A stretch of 64,000 nt of DNA, from contig NIVC01001396.1 in NCBI GenBank assembly GCA_002269645.1, positions 1 to 64,000 of the forward strand. The letters run 5' to 3'. The translations under genes and the position numbers were made by a program. Positions 1-13,429 of the stretch are shown piece by piece. The DNA is from Macrostomum lignano (taxonomy: Eukaryota). Position 1 is the first letter of the stretch. The number at the start of each line of letters is the position of its first letter. The notes beneath the pieces are model-generated. The model made no database searches. It was not told where the DNA came from and saw only the letters and a list, made by a program, of their open reading frames with translations.

Positions 1-63
1 TGTCTCTTAGACATCTCTATGTCCTAGTAGCGGTTTCTTATCATTCGGAAAAATTTTGCAAAG

Positions 64-3000
64 ATGCTTATTGCTAAAAAAAGCCATTCCTTGCAGGACA
101 ACGCCTCCAAGTCAACCGGTGGCAACAACAACTTGCACGCCGCAATCGACGCCTTCGACCCGAAGCACATGGACACGCTGAACAGCTTCTTTGATCTGTA
201 CGAGAAGCAAGCCGGAAAGTTGGACGACGATCTGCAGGAGACTAAAGTGAAAATTCAAGCTAAAGAGGAGGCCATTAAAGTGCTCGAACGTCAGCTGCGC
301 GACATTGAAGCTCGTTACGCTGAACTGCAGAGCCGGTAAGTCACTTTGTATAAATGTTTCAAGTCTTTAAATGCGTATACTCAATAATTAAAAGTATCTG
401 GCAACAATAGAAATCCTGTCTGTTTTTTCATCTGCATTTCTTTCAAAGTTTCTTTAGCATTCAATGCATAAAATGAAACTTTAGCTATGAAACGTTCCTT
501 TCCGGTGCCTTATTCGTAAATTCCCTTCACATATAGGGTTATCAGTTATCAAAGCGTCGACATTAATATCAGATATGCAATTGTAATTTCACGGGCAAAT
601 GTACTTAGATATTTTTAAATACTTATTAGGAAGCCACGTGTCCTGCAGGGTAATAGCTTTGCGGTAAATAAATTCCATGCAGACACAATAGCAATTCAGG
701 ACACCAGACAGCCAGTTGTTAAACAAAAAACACGGGCCATTCCGAACCAAGAAGTACATCTCGCATTCCAGTTTTCTGGATTTTCAATATATGCAATTCA
801 CTCGCTATACTTGCGCGCTTGGAAGCCACAGCAACGTCCACAAGAACGCCGACGGTGCCATAAAAAAACTTGTATTTCCATACAGTCATGATAGTTTCTG
901 CGTGCAGCAGCATCGTGGGAACTCGCGCTCTCTCTCTCTCTCTCTCTGCCTCGTTTCATGAACAGCGTTCGGAACCTCCCCGAGGGAGACGATGCTGACG
1001 AAAGGCTGTGCAAAAAAAGCCAGAGAGAATGAGAGAGAAGAGAGAAATATGACTATTAGACGGTTGCCCGGCTTCCGTAGAATTACAGCAACGGCTGCAG
1101 CTCCGGCGCACAACGCGCAAGCAGACGCGAAAGCAGCCAAACACAGCGGGAAGCCAGCTCGGTTGGAAATTGTTCGGGGATTGATGCGGCATGCGGGAGG
1201 CTGGGAGAGAGAGGGGAACTAGTGGAGATAGGCTACAGCTGGGGCGGCCAGGGTAACGCAGCCAAGCGTTATTGATTTTTTTGACGCGTGCACTTCGGTT
1301 CCGAGTGGTTTTCCGGTGCCAGTTCAGCGCGTATCCTGCACAGTGCATTATGATATTATAATATTATTATAATATTATTTTAGCAACGTAGTGCAGTCAG
1401 CACAGTGCTACTAGAACTATACTTCTGCGGTAGATCATTTTGTGTGACTCTGCTTCGGTTTTATATGCAAGAATCTCATTATTTAGATTTGCATTCCACG
1501 CTTAGGGATATGATACATTGCCCGCTTAAAATAATCCTGAATTTATTATCTTCATCCTCAGGGAGGTATCTGTGGTTCTGGAAAGCCAGGAGGCCACCCA
1601 GCTTGAGTTGCACTTCTCCTACGTGGTGTCGAGGGCTCGATGGAGTCCGAAGTACGACATCCGTGTGTTCAGCAACGAGTCCGCTATGAAGGTAAGGCAT
1701 AGAGACTGACGCTTTGTGAGACAAGTCTATATTCTATATTAGCAGGAATGTTCTAGGCATTCTAGAGCAATGCGTTCGACGACATCCGCTAACTCGTGCA
1801 CACATGCAAGCGCGTCAATACTGTACGATGGCACACACTCATACACACTCACACAGGGTGTACAGCGATCCTGTCTTTCCCATCGTCGCCCCAGGTACTT
1901 CCGCATACTCTGCCCTTTAATCCCTTGTAGATAATCTACTACGGCATGGTGCAGCAGAACACCGGAGAAGACTGGGAGAACGCGCAGATCTCGCTGAGCA
2001 CCAGCATGCCTGGTGTGGGCGGTACCGTACCGCCGCTCACGGTTCAAAAGGCTCACTTCAAGTCTAACAAGCCGTAAGATTAAAATAAATCTAAGTAATC
2101 CTGCTTATAAATCTGAATATGATTTAAGGGACAGTCTTGAACAGCAGCGTAGTTTTACATGGTTCCTTATTGAGGTTATTAACATGAGCTCAACAGTACA
2201 ACCATTTCAGCAGAACACTTCCTAATGATAGTTGAGGGCTCTTCAGTGTTAGAATACCTTTATTTTGTGTTCCTGTCTATTTTTATAGTGCTACCAATAT
2301 CCTTGTCTCATCTAAATTTGCGTTAAACTTATTTGTGTACACACGTATTCTGTTATCTAATTGTGCGAAGAGCATTTGGCTCCTGATTCGAAACTGGCCT
2401 TGAAGTCACAGTATTCGACAATTATCTTGTACAGGGGTCAAAACTGGGGTTGTCGAGAATTGAGCTATGTTTCAAGTAGTGCGTAGTCGTTATAATGTAG
2501 TTAATATATGTAAAATTTCAATCAGTGTTTTGCTAGCTAATGTTGTCTACAAGCAATGCTAATTGTAGTGGATGACGCACTGTCGCACCAACTATTTCTA
2601 GCAATTCTATATAATTTAGTTCCAGTTTAATCTGATCTGCGCCACGCGTACGTTAGTTATAGCCTTTGTTTTAACAAAATTAATGCGGTCGTATACGTAC
2701 GCTCGTAGTAGTCAAGCCACTTGAGGAAAACCGAGTGAATCCCGGTCCTGCGGTTTTAGACGCTCCAATACACCCTACACTGACATGAAGTTGTCCGCTC
2801 TCTGACGCCCCCTGATGTTTACACAAGTCTCCGCCTCAATATCCGCTCCAATTCACATGATCTTAACTTGACATCAAACTCTGTATAATCGATGGCAATG
2901 CCAAGTATATAGCTAGTATCTAAATTTAGGCAACCTTCATCGCCATCCATAATGTTTCTAAACAGAACGCGTACATTAGGCGAATACCATTTGAAATTGA

Positions 3001-6000
3001 CAAAATTATTATTGGATGGCCTTGAAGCCTTCACAAATACCTATATAATAACCTAAATTTACCGAAATCGCTAATCGATATCACCTCAGAATGGCTTTGA
3101 ATAAAAACAATAAATAAGAAATTATAAATCAAGTCATGCGTTAAAGAAGCTAATTAGAAAGCTATGAAACTCGACCTAGTCGTCTGGCACGTCGCACTAT
3201 TTTCCTCGGGCAAGCAAACGTTATATTAATTCATTTCTGTCTTCTCGGGAATCCCGGATCATTAGACTGCTACCTGTGCAACATTTGTCACAATTTTGTG
3301 TCTGTCAAGTCAATGTTCCGAATGTTATTATTATCTAGCATGGCGTGTACGTACTTAAATGTCATAGCTACAGAATTAGGTTAATGAACCACGAAATGCC
3401 TTCTTCACCCAGCGTCAGCTTTGTGAGCAGCGTTGTCGGCGGTGGCGGGTGGCGTCAGTGGCAGCTCGCCGGTTCGCCGGGCCCAGAGCATGCGCACTGG
3501 TGGCAGCTCTACCCTGCGCAAGTCCAAGCACATGCCGGTGGACGAATTCTGGCAGCTGAAGCGGCCGACGACGCCTCGATGGCATCGGAGGTAGCGGGGA
3601 TTTCCGGTGTTTTGGGATTATTTAAATAAAATTTTAGATTGAAGTTGAATTGAAAGAAGCGATATAGAAAATGTTGTTATTTATAAACTCGCAGGTAAGT
3701 GCAGCGTGATTTGAAATTTAACCTCTAACGCCTTACTTTACGTTTTCCTACTCTATAAATATTTTTCGTCACCGCTTTCCGCTTTCAATGTTTCGACAAA
3801 AAAGCAAACGCACTCAACTATTAATAGTTTTGTTATTTTTTCTACTTTGTTTTCCAGTTTTTTGTTTGAATGCTTGGTACGTAAAGATGCTTATTTTGTA
3901 AGAAATCGCTTTTGCTGGATCTGTGCAACATAGTCGATTGAACTGCGCTGCTGTTCAGTGTTAACAATGGGAGCAGGAACAGTCAAGATTTTACAAGAAT
4001 GAAAGCCAGCCAGGCACTATTCTGCAATTTCCTTCGTACTCAAAAACACCCGCGTTCAGCGACTGCACGACCTCAGTGACTCTTCGTCGCAACGCCACCA
4101 AGGTAAAGAAAACGCGAAGCGTCGTCAAAGCGCTGAGTTTCCACGCCGCCAACGATCGCGGCTCGATGGCTCGTCTGGGCGACGATTCACCGGGCCTGGA
4201 CCCCGACGATGAGTCCTCGCTGATGCTCCGCTCTCCGACAACGGAGGTGCAGGGCTCGGCCTTGTCTAGCGCTGCAGCTGGCGCGGGTCCATTCTTAGAT
4301 CTGGCGGCCAGCACCAGTGGCGGAGTAAAAGAGGTTTCCACTGCGCAGTACTTAGCGATCTATAGTTTAACCAGCTATTCGTTTATCTCAAATTTAGTTA
4401 ATTTTTAATTTGTGTTTTTGTCTCCTCGTCAGAAGCGCTCAAAGCGTTTAATACTGCCGCATAGTTCCGTCCAGTCATGTTGTGTTGCACACCTCATGTT
4501 TTAATATAGCTCGCGTCCTTAAACAGCTCAATCAATCTATTAAAAATTAGAATCCCTCTCATGAGACGGCATAAATTTGGAGCACTGACCCATAGTTTTA
4601 CGCCTTAAGCTAGTACCAAGGCCTAGTCAAGTAGAAGGATGAAAAAACGTTTCTTGGAAATTTTAGAGGCCGGTTTTACCGAAACAATACATGGCTGAGA
4701 TAGTAGGTTTTTATTTTTCCAGCACAAAAATTGTTATTGCTTTTGATAGGAGGCAGACCCAGTGGTTATCTTTTGATATAACTTAGCTATCTTACTTATT
4801 TATAGCTCTGGTGATATTCATACAGAATTTCGTTTAGAAAATTGAGAGTTTATTTAAACTTTATATCTTACGTACAGGTCCTATGCCAAAAATCATAAGA
4901 ATTCCCCAACTTGACTGATCATTGGTTTCATGAATCTTTGCTTCCATTCTGTTGCACATTTTGTTACACAGTCATTAAGCTAAGAATGATAAAATAGATT
5001 CATGAATCCATTTTGGCACAGAAGATGTACAATTGTACATAAAATAAAATATTAACATCGAATCCTACTTTTATAGACGAAAAGCTTTACGAATATCCCC
5101 AGAACTATAAGAAAGGCAAGACATCATTGGTTCTGCCCCTGATCAAAAGCCACGTAGATTTTGTTCTAAAACCTCCTATCTCCGAAATGTATTTTTCGGC
5201 AAATCCTGCCTCCTAAAATTTCCCAAGAAACGTACTTTCCCGTTCTTCGAATTGACTAATCCTTGGCTAGTACTCGTACTAATTTACAGCATTCTATTTT
5301 TGGCCTAAGCGTTTGCGATTATCTGTCGTCATAGCCAACTAGTTTTGATGCCACATGTGCCATTCCGGATTTATATTTTTGTGGGAGATTTTTTCATCTG
5401 GGCTGTGGCTGACTCTTCTACCGAAGTGGAAAGATATTGAACTCTCACTTTGAAAGGGTCGTATTAACACTTCTCTAGACTATAGGCGGGTTGTTGACAG
5501 CTTTTTAGCTTACAGCTATCGTATGAGCATAACCCTCGTAGTCTATAAGCGAAAAAACACAGCCCTGACAGTGAGTGGCCTGGTTAAAAAAAGTACTTCA
5601 CTCTGGTAGCTAGCGCTGACTCATCGCTGGCTGAGAGAAGAATTGAATAGCGAAGGGTATTATACGGCGGAGGAAGGAGAGGGGTTTGGCTATTCAGCAT
5701 TTGAGAGTGACTGAATGGGCTGACTGAACAGCAAAAAAGCCCCAAAGCCAAACCATGCACCCTCGTGCCTGCACAGCGACTGCAAGCCTCTGAATGTCTT
5801 CACCACAATACACACCCTACAACTAGTGCACCGCTTTGACTGACTCTTGGGCGCTACAAGCACAAAGTCTAATCCTTCACATATGATCTTTTTTAATAAT
5901 AAGTTATTAATGCACAACCTCTCATGAACAGATAATTGAATACAAATCGTTTTTTTGTTATTCATCGCTTCCCAATCCCAAGGCTTAGCTTTGCCGCCAG

Positions 6001-8433
6001 CGTATATTTTGGATACACTCAACTGTCGGGCCGAAACTTTAATTTTGTCCACGGCGCAAAGTCTTAAACTATTCATTGTACCTACTCCTGCCCATCAAAG
6101 TTAGATTGAGATCAAAGCAGACATAACTGAATTAATCGACTGTTTGAAAAATTAGTTTATCCCGTAAAACATTCCGCGACGTTGATAGACGTGGCTGGGA
6201 AATTAGTACTTTTGCATTAGGCCACAGGATGACGATGTTATACGTCGATCGAGCGTCGGTGTAATTTAAAGGTACCTATTTGCCAGTGACATACATCAAC
6301 GTGGATTGCTATGCGGGTATAATAGATAATCAACGACTGTGATTCAATAGAATATATCTGGGATGTCGGGATATTAGAAGTTTCTTTAAAGTTATCCGTA
6401 CGGATAGAATCTAGATCTGTCTTTGTAATTACTTTTCGTCCGAGTTCGTATTAAAACGTGATCCCAAATTTTTGCGTTGTCTTTTTGGAGCCTAGTTTTT
6501 TTAAATAAGCGTTAATCGCACTACTACTAAAACAACTTTACAGCAAGCTGGTCGCGCCGGAGACACTCTCAGATCTGGCGGTTCCAACATCCAGAGCACC
6601 CAGTTCGAAGTGCCTCGCCTTTTCACTATTCCGTGCGACGGCGAAGAGCACAAGGTGACATCGCCATTATCGACCTGTGCCCCACATTCGAGTACGAGTC
6701 TGTGCCGCAGAGGGCTCCATATGCCTACTTGAAAGCTGTCGTTACTAACACGTCTAACTATGCTCTGCTGGCTGGCCTACAAACATCTATGTGGATAACA
6801 ATTTCATCGGAAAGGTGAGAGTCGAAGCATATTTAGTGCCGATTCTAGTAAAACAATTTAACAAAACTGTGCAACAACTATGGAATAATGTAGATTTTCT
6901 TTTCATAGTAACCATTTGAAGAAAATTTTATAAGCCCATCTACGGAAGCTCCTTATTTTCTCTACGCCGGTTGGAACCCCGGCGTCTGAATAAATTTAAC
7001 GGCTGGATAAATTTAACGATAAACAGAGGTGGGGTCAAGTATCTTGATTGTCTATGGACCGATAGCAGGGCCGCTTAGTACGGAAATATTGAATCAATAG
7101 AAGACATCCGTTGTTTCATAATAATTCGATATCTATATAGTTAAGTCGTTCCTGACGCAAAGCCTAATTTACAAACTGGGATGAATTTTTTGCGTCGGTA
7201 TAATGATCGAAAGCAATTGTAGTTTGGATTTGAAAAATATAGTACACCACATCGTTATTTACATGCAATATCATCAATTATATTATCGCGTAGTTGTAGT
7301 ACGTAATGGATAATCCATGCTGCAAACATGTATCTGATATACTGTATAAATCACTACGTGAACTAATTAAATCCATTTATACCTCCGTCCAATTCAGTCG
7401 GAGCTAAAGGCCGCCGCCCCATCTGAGGAGTTCCACTGCCACCTGGGCGCCGATCACGGCATCAAAATGAGTTACAAGCCAATGTACAAGAAGCGCGAAG
7501 GTGGCCAGTCCAAGACGGCACTGTTCTCGCACAAGCAGGTGATCGAATTGCGCAACACTCACCAGAAGCCAATCCGAGTTCAGGTCATCGAGCCGGTGCC
7601 TCGCCCTATCGAGGACAAGATCAAGGTTAGACCAGTAGTCATTCTACAGAGGCCTGCAGTGACATTACTTATGACACACCCGAAGTAGTTAGAATTAAAC
7701 CAATTAACAGTGTAAGACCACGGGTGCTATCGATGCTAAACACTGATCAACAAACATTCTCAGGTGAACATCGTTGAGCCGCCTAAATTGAACTCGGAAA
7801 AGTACGACAAGCAGAAACCGATTCGGCTGAGCAAGTCACACTGCGTCGAATGGGACGTCGATTTGGATGCTGGTAAGCGAGGTTTTTAGAGAAAAATCAT
7901 TTGCTTACTGGAGATAATATTTCATATTGTCATGCAAAAACTACGTAATATTCTTTCTGAGTTAGCTTTACCAAAGCTCCATGCTCGACACCAGATCGTC
8001 AGGCCAAAAAGTATTAAATAATGTCGATATGAAACAGTCCGATTTATTTTACCACGTTGCACGTTTCTGTCAAACTAGCGGAATTCTTCAGCTGAAGACA
8101 ACAAAATTATGCAGAATGTATAAATTTAATTTCCCTTCTTAGGATACTTTTCAGGCTATTTAGAATAATTATTATTACCAGATACAATTAATCACGGCTT
8201 CTATTCAGCGAATAACTTTTTGTTCATTATGAATAACATATAGCTTAGATGCTGTACTTGTACGGGTTCCATATACGACATATCGTACATATATACATAA
8301 GTAAAAATATTAAAATTGGTTATGTTTGACAATTAAATTTCACCTCGCAGGCGAGGGCAAGGAGCTAGTTCTTCGTTACAACATCGAGCTGCCAGCCGGA
8401 GAAACTTTGGAGTACACCGTGTCGGAGAATTAG
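64..8433 (+). CDS. DUF4139/DUF4140 (F37C4.5 / TIGR02231-like) protein, 5'-partial, spliced. Exons 64-335, 1562-1691, 1931-2073, 4060-4333, 6544-6814, 7398-7625, 7764-7872, 8351-8433
   Basis: Manual splicing at GT-AG sites gives phase-compatible exons with family-like motifs: FSYVVSRARWSPKYDIRV, YYGMVQQNTGEDWENAQISLSTSMPG, FEVPRLFTIPCDGEEHKVT, FEYESVPQRAPYAYLKAVVTNTSNYALLAG(P)TNIYVDNNFIGK, EEFHCHLGAD, IEDKIKVNIVEP, VEWDVDL, ending in TAG at 8431-8433. Exon 6544-6814 needs two single-base additions (~6659 and ~6777) to stay in frame. Confidence 0.85.
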
Positions 8434-11400
8434 ATATTTTTATTGATTAAAAACGAATGTATCAACTGATCGAACTTTGAAACTATTAGGCACCTGTTAC
8501 GTTTATAACAATATAATATTCGCGAGCTTTATTTATAAATGCTTCATTGTAATAACCAAACTCTCGACTATATTGGTTACTAGTATATATTCATGTTTAA
8601 TACACATATAGATATGAAAACATCTAAATACGTATATAGTGTGTTGTTGCGCGCATATTTAGTTCTTAAACAAATTATTAGTCGAAGCTGTTGTTTCTTT
8701 GCTTCTGACTATTTGCTGGCTACTACTGTCTATAACCACAAAGACAGCCCCTCCTGCGCCCAATCCTTCTAAGGCTGTCTATTGTCATAATTTGTTTGCC
8801 ACGTTAATACACGCAGATTAATTATCTTCTCCTAGCTGAGTGCTTTGTGTCGCTTTACCGAAAATATCCATTTTAATTTTTAATTAGCTCGCACGTTAAA
8901 ACGTTAAGATTTAACCGAACTGAATCATAGAGTTAAAATACCATTAAAATTTTTCAGACCATAAGAATCGATTTATGCTTAAACGCTATTCCTCACAATT
9001 TTGTGCGTTTGAAATTTCCCATTTGTTCGTTTAAATTCTGTGGCATATTTTGTGCACAAAACTGTACAGACTGCACAAAAAATAATCGCACCAATTCGCT
9101 TTGCAATGTCGGTAATGAGTGTTGAAGTTTTATAGAATTGTTACGATACCCGAGTAGCAATTTACTCGTTTTATTTGCTTTTCCGAGCGCAAGCTGACTT
9201 TGAAGTGCTTATATTGCTTTTTGCACTAATTCTGGTAATTCAGTTTTGTTATTATCATGTTTATAGCCGCTCGTAATACGGCACTTTGCCTTCGCAATTC
9301 GCTGAAGCTGTGTAATTCGTTAATTTTAGATCGAGATCTTTTTAATTGACTTCTCTGATGGAGATAAAGTTGGTTCCGGAATCACTTTTCACTTTCAGCT
9401 ACAGAAGCTGACAACTCAAAGTAGACACGGTTATCTAGATGAGGGTTCAAAGAAACATAGACGTAAAATCGATTAGTTTATTCGTCGTAAATTTTTTATG
9501 CTCGTGTGTGCGATTGAAGCGCATGTATGGCGCAGGAAAATAAAAAAAACATTGCTTCAGCGTATCTCTTAATACGACTGTTTATTTATATTATAATTGA
9601 CTCCATGAGTATTTATTGCTCTTGTTTGTCAGTAACCTTACTCTATGACAAAAATAACAAGGACAGAATTTGATGGATACCTGAGACTGCAAAAATATTT
9701 TGAGCTTTGTTTCCTTAAACTTTGGCTTCTATTTGTTTCCTATTCTTTGGATTGACTGTCCGCCAGCAGTACTAGCTGCTCTATGCATAACCATTATGAT
9801 TTTAATACTTGCTACTCAAACTCGTCACTACTCGTAAATAACCCCTGCTATTTACAATTTATAAATTGTCTTCAAGTTTAATTTACGCCATCGGCCTTCA
9901 ATGTATTACAATTCTGTGCAGCTATATTACGCTTAACCAGTATGAGCAGTAAATATTCACAGCCTTTGTCTAGTTGTTATCATACAAGCCACATTACGCT
10001 AGGCGCATTAAATATTTTTTAATAATTTCATATAAGGACAGTTTAAACGCTTTTAATCCTTGCCCCCTAAGTATAAGTTACATGTGCAATTTTAAGGTCG
10101 CTTTTTAAACTCAATTGCTGATTTTTTGTAAAAAAATCGACCTAAATATTTAATTAATTACAAAATCGCCTGATTCATGTAAAGCTCGTATTTGATAGGA
10201 TTGGATTGCGACTTCGTATTCAAAGTGAAAATACTTCATTGAAAAAATTACAGTGCGGTAGTGAATTTTGTTTTTAACGTAGTTTTTATATTAGCGATTT
10301 TTTGTTAATCGGAATCCCATGTGTCTAAAAATTTTATTTCTGCAACACTTTTGTCCCTTTTAGTCACCAAGGCCAAATTGGTTTTTTTTAAAAACAGTTT
10401 TTAATCTGAGTAAGATTTTTTTGTTGTACTTCCTGCTGTTTTTTAATATTCCGCGAGTTCCTACAATTAGTCTGCTGAAGTGCGAAAGTCATCGGAGAAT
10501 TAAAACAAGATAGGTGCACTCATGAAGTCGCTAATATTTTCGATCCATAGTACGCTATGTCCGATCTAGCAATACTGTTCTTTTCAAGTCTTAATTTTCT
10601 ATGTCTACTGTCGCTTTGCCCAATCAATATATGGCTAATATTGCACTGGTTCTCTGTTAATTCTATTTTTTTGTCATTTTTACGAGTTTGGTGGCAGCAA
10701 CCTCTCCCCCGAATTATTAATTTTTATTCGATTTTGATCAGCCAGCATTATTAAATGATTTTTATCTGATTTTATTACTGCTTACAGCTTTTAAAATTCT
10801 ATTTTACCGTCTTTTAATACGAGCAATATAATATAAATGACACTGTTAATCTATCTAACAATAACTATTAACGTTAAAAAGCTGAAGTACACCATATATA
10901 AAAGTTATACAGTGATCTTTTAATTCTTGCAACGTTACTATTATTACTACTGCCTGGACTATATAAACAGTTGAAATCTTTTAGAAGTCTTCTTTTTGTT
11001 TTAATTGATGCAGGAGTCCTGGTACATGTACATCTGATTAGTTGATACTCCGCAAGATATCGAGAATGTTGCAAGATAATTAAAAAATTAAATTAGATTA
11101 TCTGAAACGTCTATACAATCTGACTGACGTAACCCGGGCTGCATGAGAATACATTGACCACAATTGTACTAGAAATGGCCGACTATAAGGGACTCTATCG
11201 GTCACGGATGATCCAGGAGTCTCGAGTTATGGTGGGCGTTAGGGGAGGTCGCAAAAGATGGGGAGAGGAGGACAGTAAGCACAATTATAGGCACAAAAAC
11301 TTAAGCTCTCTACGAGCGTAGTGAAGCGTACTAACAAGCATTATCTATACCTAGGAATCAAATAAATACGGAAAACTTTCACTCCTTCACTGTGCTTCAA

Positions 11401-13429
11401 TAAGCTTGCGTCAAGGTGCCCTCAAGAGTTGAGTTGGCTTTATCTAGATTATTTCCATTTAAAATTTTTCAAGTTTAAAACTTTGTCACGTAGTTTACAT
11501 GTACATGTAGGAATTGCAATTCCAAGAAGTATTTAGTTTTCTTAAAGCAAACGATTTAGCACGAGTCATCTACAAGTAAGTAATCTTCAAACTCAGAGAA
11601 TATCAATTAAACAAAATCTGGTATTATATAGTTAATCTAATCAGACAAATGATGTAAAAAGAAACAAATAAATTTCCACCAGCCCTTTAATCGAATAAAA
11701 AATTCGTTTTTCTTACGATGAAGCGGCGTAACAGTTTTAAAATGAGTAAAAATTCACTGGTCACAATCAAAATAAAAAACAGCGCAAATGCAACCAGCAC
11801 TGAAATGCCACCATAAAGTACAACATTTCAATAGCACCCAAATAGATTTCGTTCAAGTAAACATTAACGCGACGAATCGCATCTGCTTCTGGCGTACAGT
11901 ATATAACAGCGTAGATAACAGCATGCGGCATCATCATATCGAACCGCTGTTGCTCTTGAAATTCCCCATTAAAATGCGTAAAAGCGACCATAATTTATGG
12001 AACTGCAAGCGGGAAGTCAGATAAGATTTTCATTTACCTCATTGACCAATATTTTTCATATCGATGCCGAGAAGCATTTCATATTTTCTGCCGAAAGGCT
12101 TTTCTGTACGATGAATTTTTTTTCTGTCCGTGCGTTTGAAAACAGAATCTGCAGAAACTATATTGCGTTGTGACGATTTTGAGGGAGCCGTCATATAGCT
12201 ACTGCATGAATGTCACAGAGAAAAAATGAATCGATATAGTGCATGATCTGAATTAAATAAAAAAATCTGACACTTTTATGAGTTATCTGAAAGGAATTAA
12301 GGCAGCAAGAATCCAAAAGCCGATTGTAAATGATTAAAACGTAAGAAGAAAATTTATTACATAATAATATTTTTTCTTATGCATTGTACCCTGTAAAACT
12401 GTAAAGCACTTATGTTAATTCACCGGTATTATCTGCTCGTATGTGATGAGGATGGAAGTCAGCCGCAGATGGGGAGGGCTCATGAAATTCTTTCCCTGCA
12501 ATGTACTCACTACTCACAGTAAGCATTAGCATGTTCTCTCTCTCTCTCTCTCTTTCTACTTTCTCTCCTTTTTTCTCTCTGTATCCTTATTTTCTATTTT
12601 ATCGTAAGTCACCAGATGTCAAGTGATTAGGCCACTAACTGACCATGCGTTTAACATTTGATTTTTTCTGCTCATCTCGACCTTTCGGTTTTTCCCAAAA
12701 ACAAAGTCTTTCCCCTGAAATTGGGTCTTGGTAACTCGAATTTTACTCCAGCCAGTTTGTACTGAGATTGCATAACAGCCGTTGCAGCAAAGTACTTTAA
12801 ATTTTTGCCGCGGGAAACCGATACTACCAGTCTCGGTGAGGGCTCAACTTTGTGAAAATAACAAATATATTATGACACAATTCAATGTAGGATTTGTAAT
12901 ACCCATTTATTGATTATCGTTCCCGGCAACTGCGTCTCGCGCATCCACGAGAGACCTGGCGCATCCACCAGGTGATTCATCTGCTCAAGAAGGGCGTTAT
13001 GAGAATAAAGACGTCATATCAGCGACAGTGCGGGTGGACAACATGGAGAAAGCGATCTCGGTCTTCCTTGTCAAGTCTCAGCGGTTTACTACAGTGATGA
13101 CCGAAGCAAGACTTAATCGATATGTTAGAGAGGGGAAACCAAGATATGTGGCGTCGCACTATTGTCAGCAGCTTCCCTCGCCCTCGCCCTCGCCCTGGGT
13201 TGCTGTCTGCCGCTGGGCAGCCTCCCTCCCTTTTTGCTGCCTGTTCTCTGTCACCCCCCCCCCTCTTCTCTGCGCTCTTTGCTTGCAGCCACGAGCTTCT
13301 CTGCTGTGGCCTGCTCTGCGTTTCGTTCCTGTCCTGAGGTCACGCTGGTTGCTTGTTTCCCTTGTCATGTGAGCAAGTCACCTGACAAGTCTTGTTTTCT
13401 CGAAGTCCTAAAGTGCAGCCTCCCTCCCT

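Noticed and set aside
3345-3629. GC-rich 94-aa ORF in DUF4139 intron 3
   Set aside because: No recognisable motif in any frame and not needed for the phase-consistent gene model.
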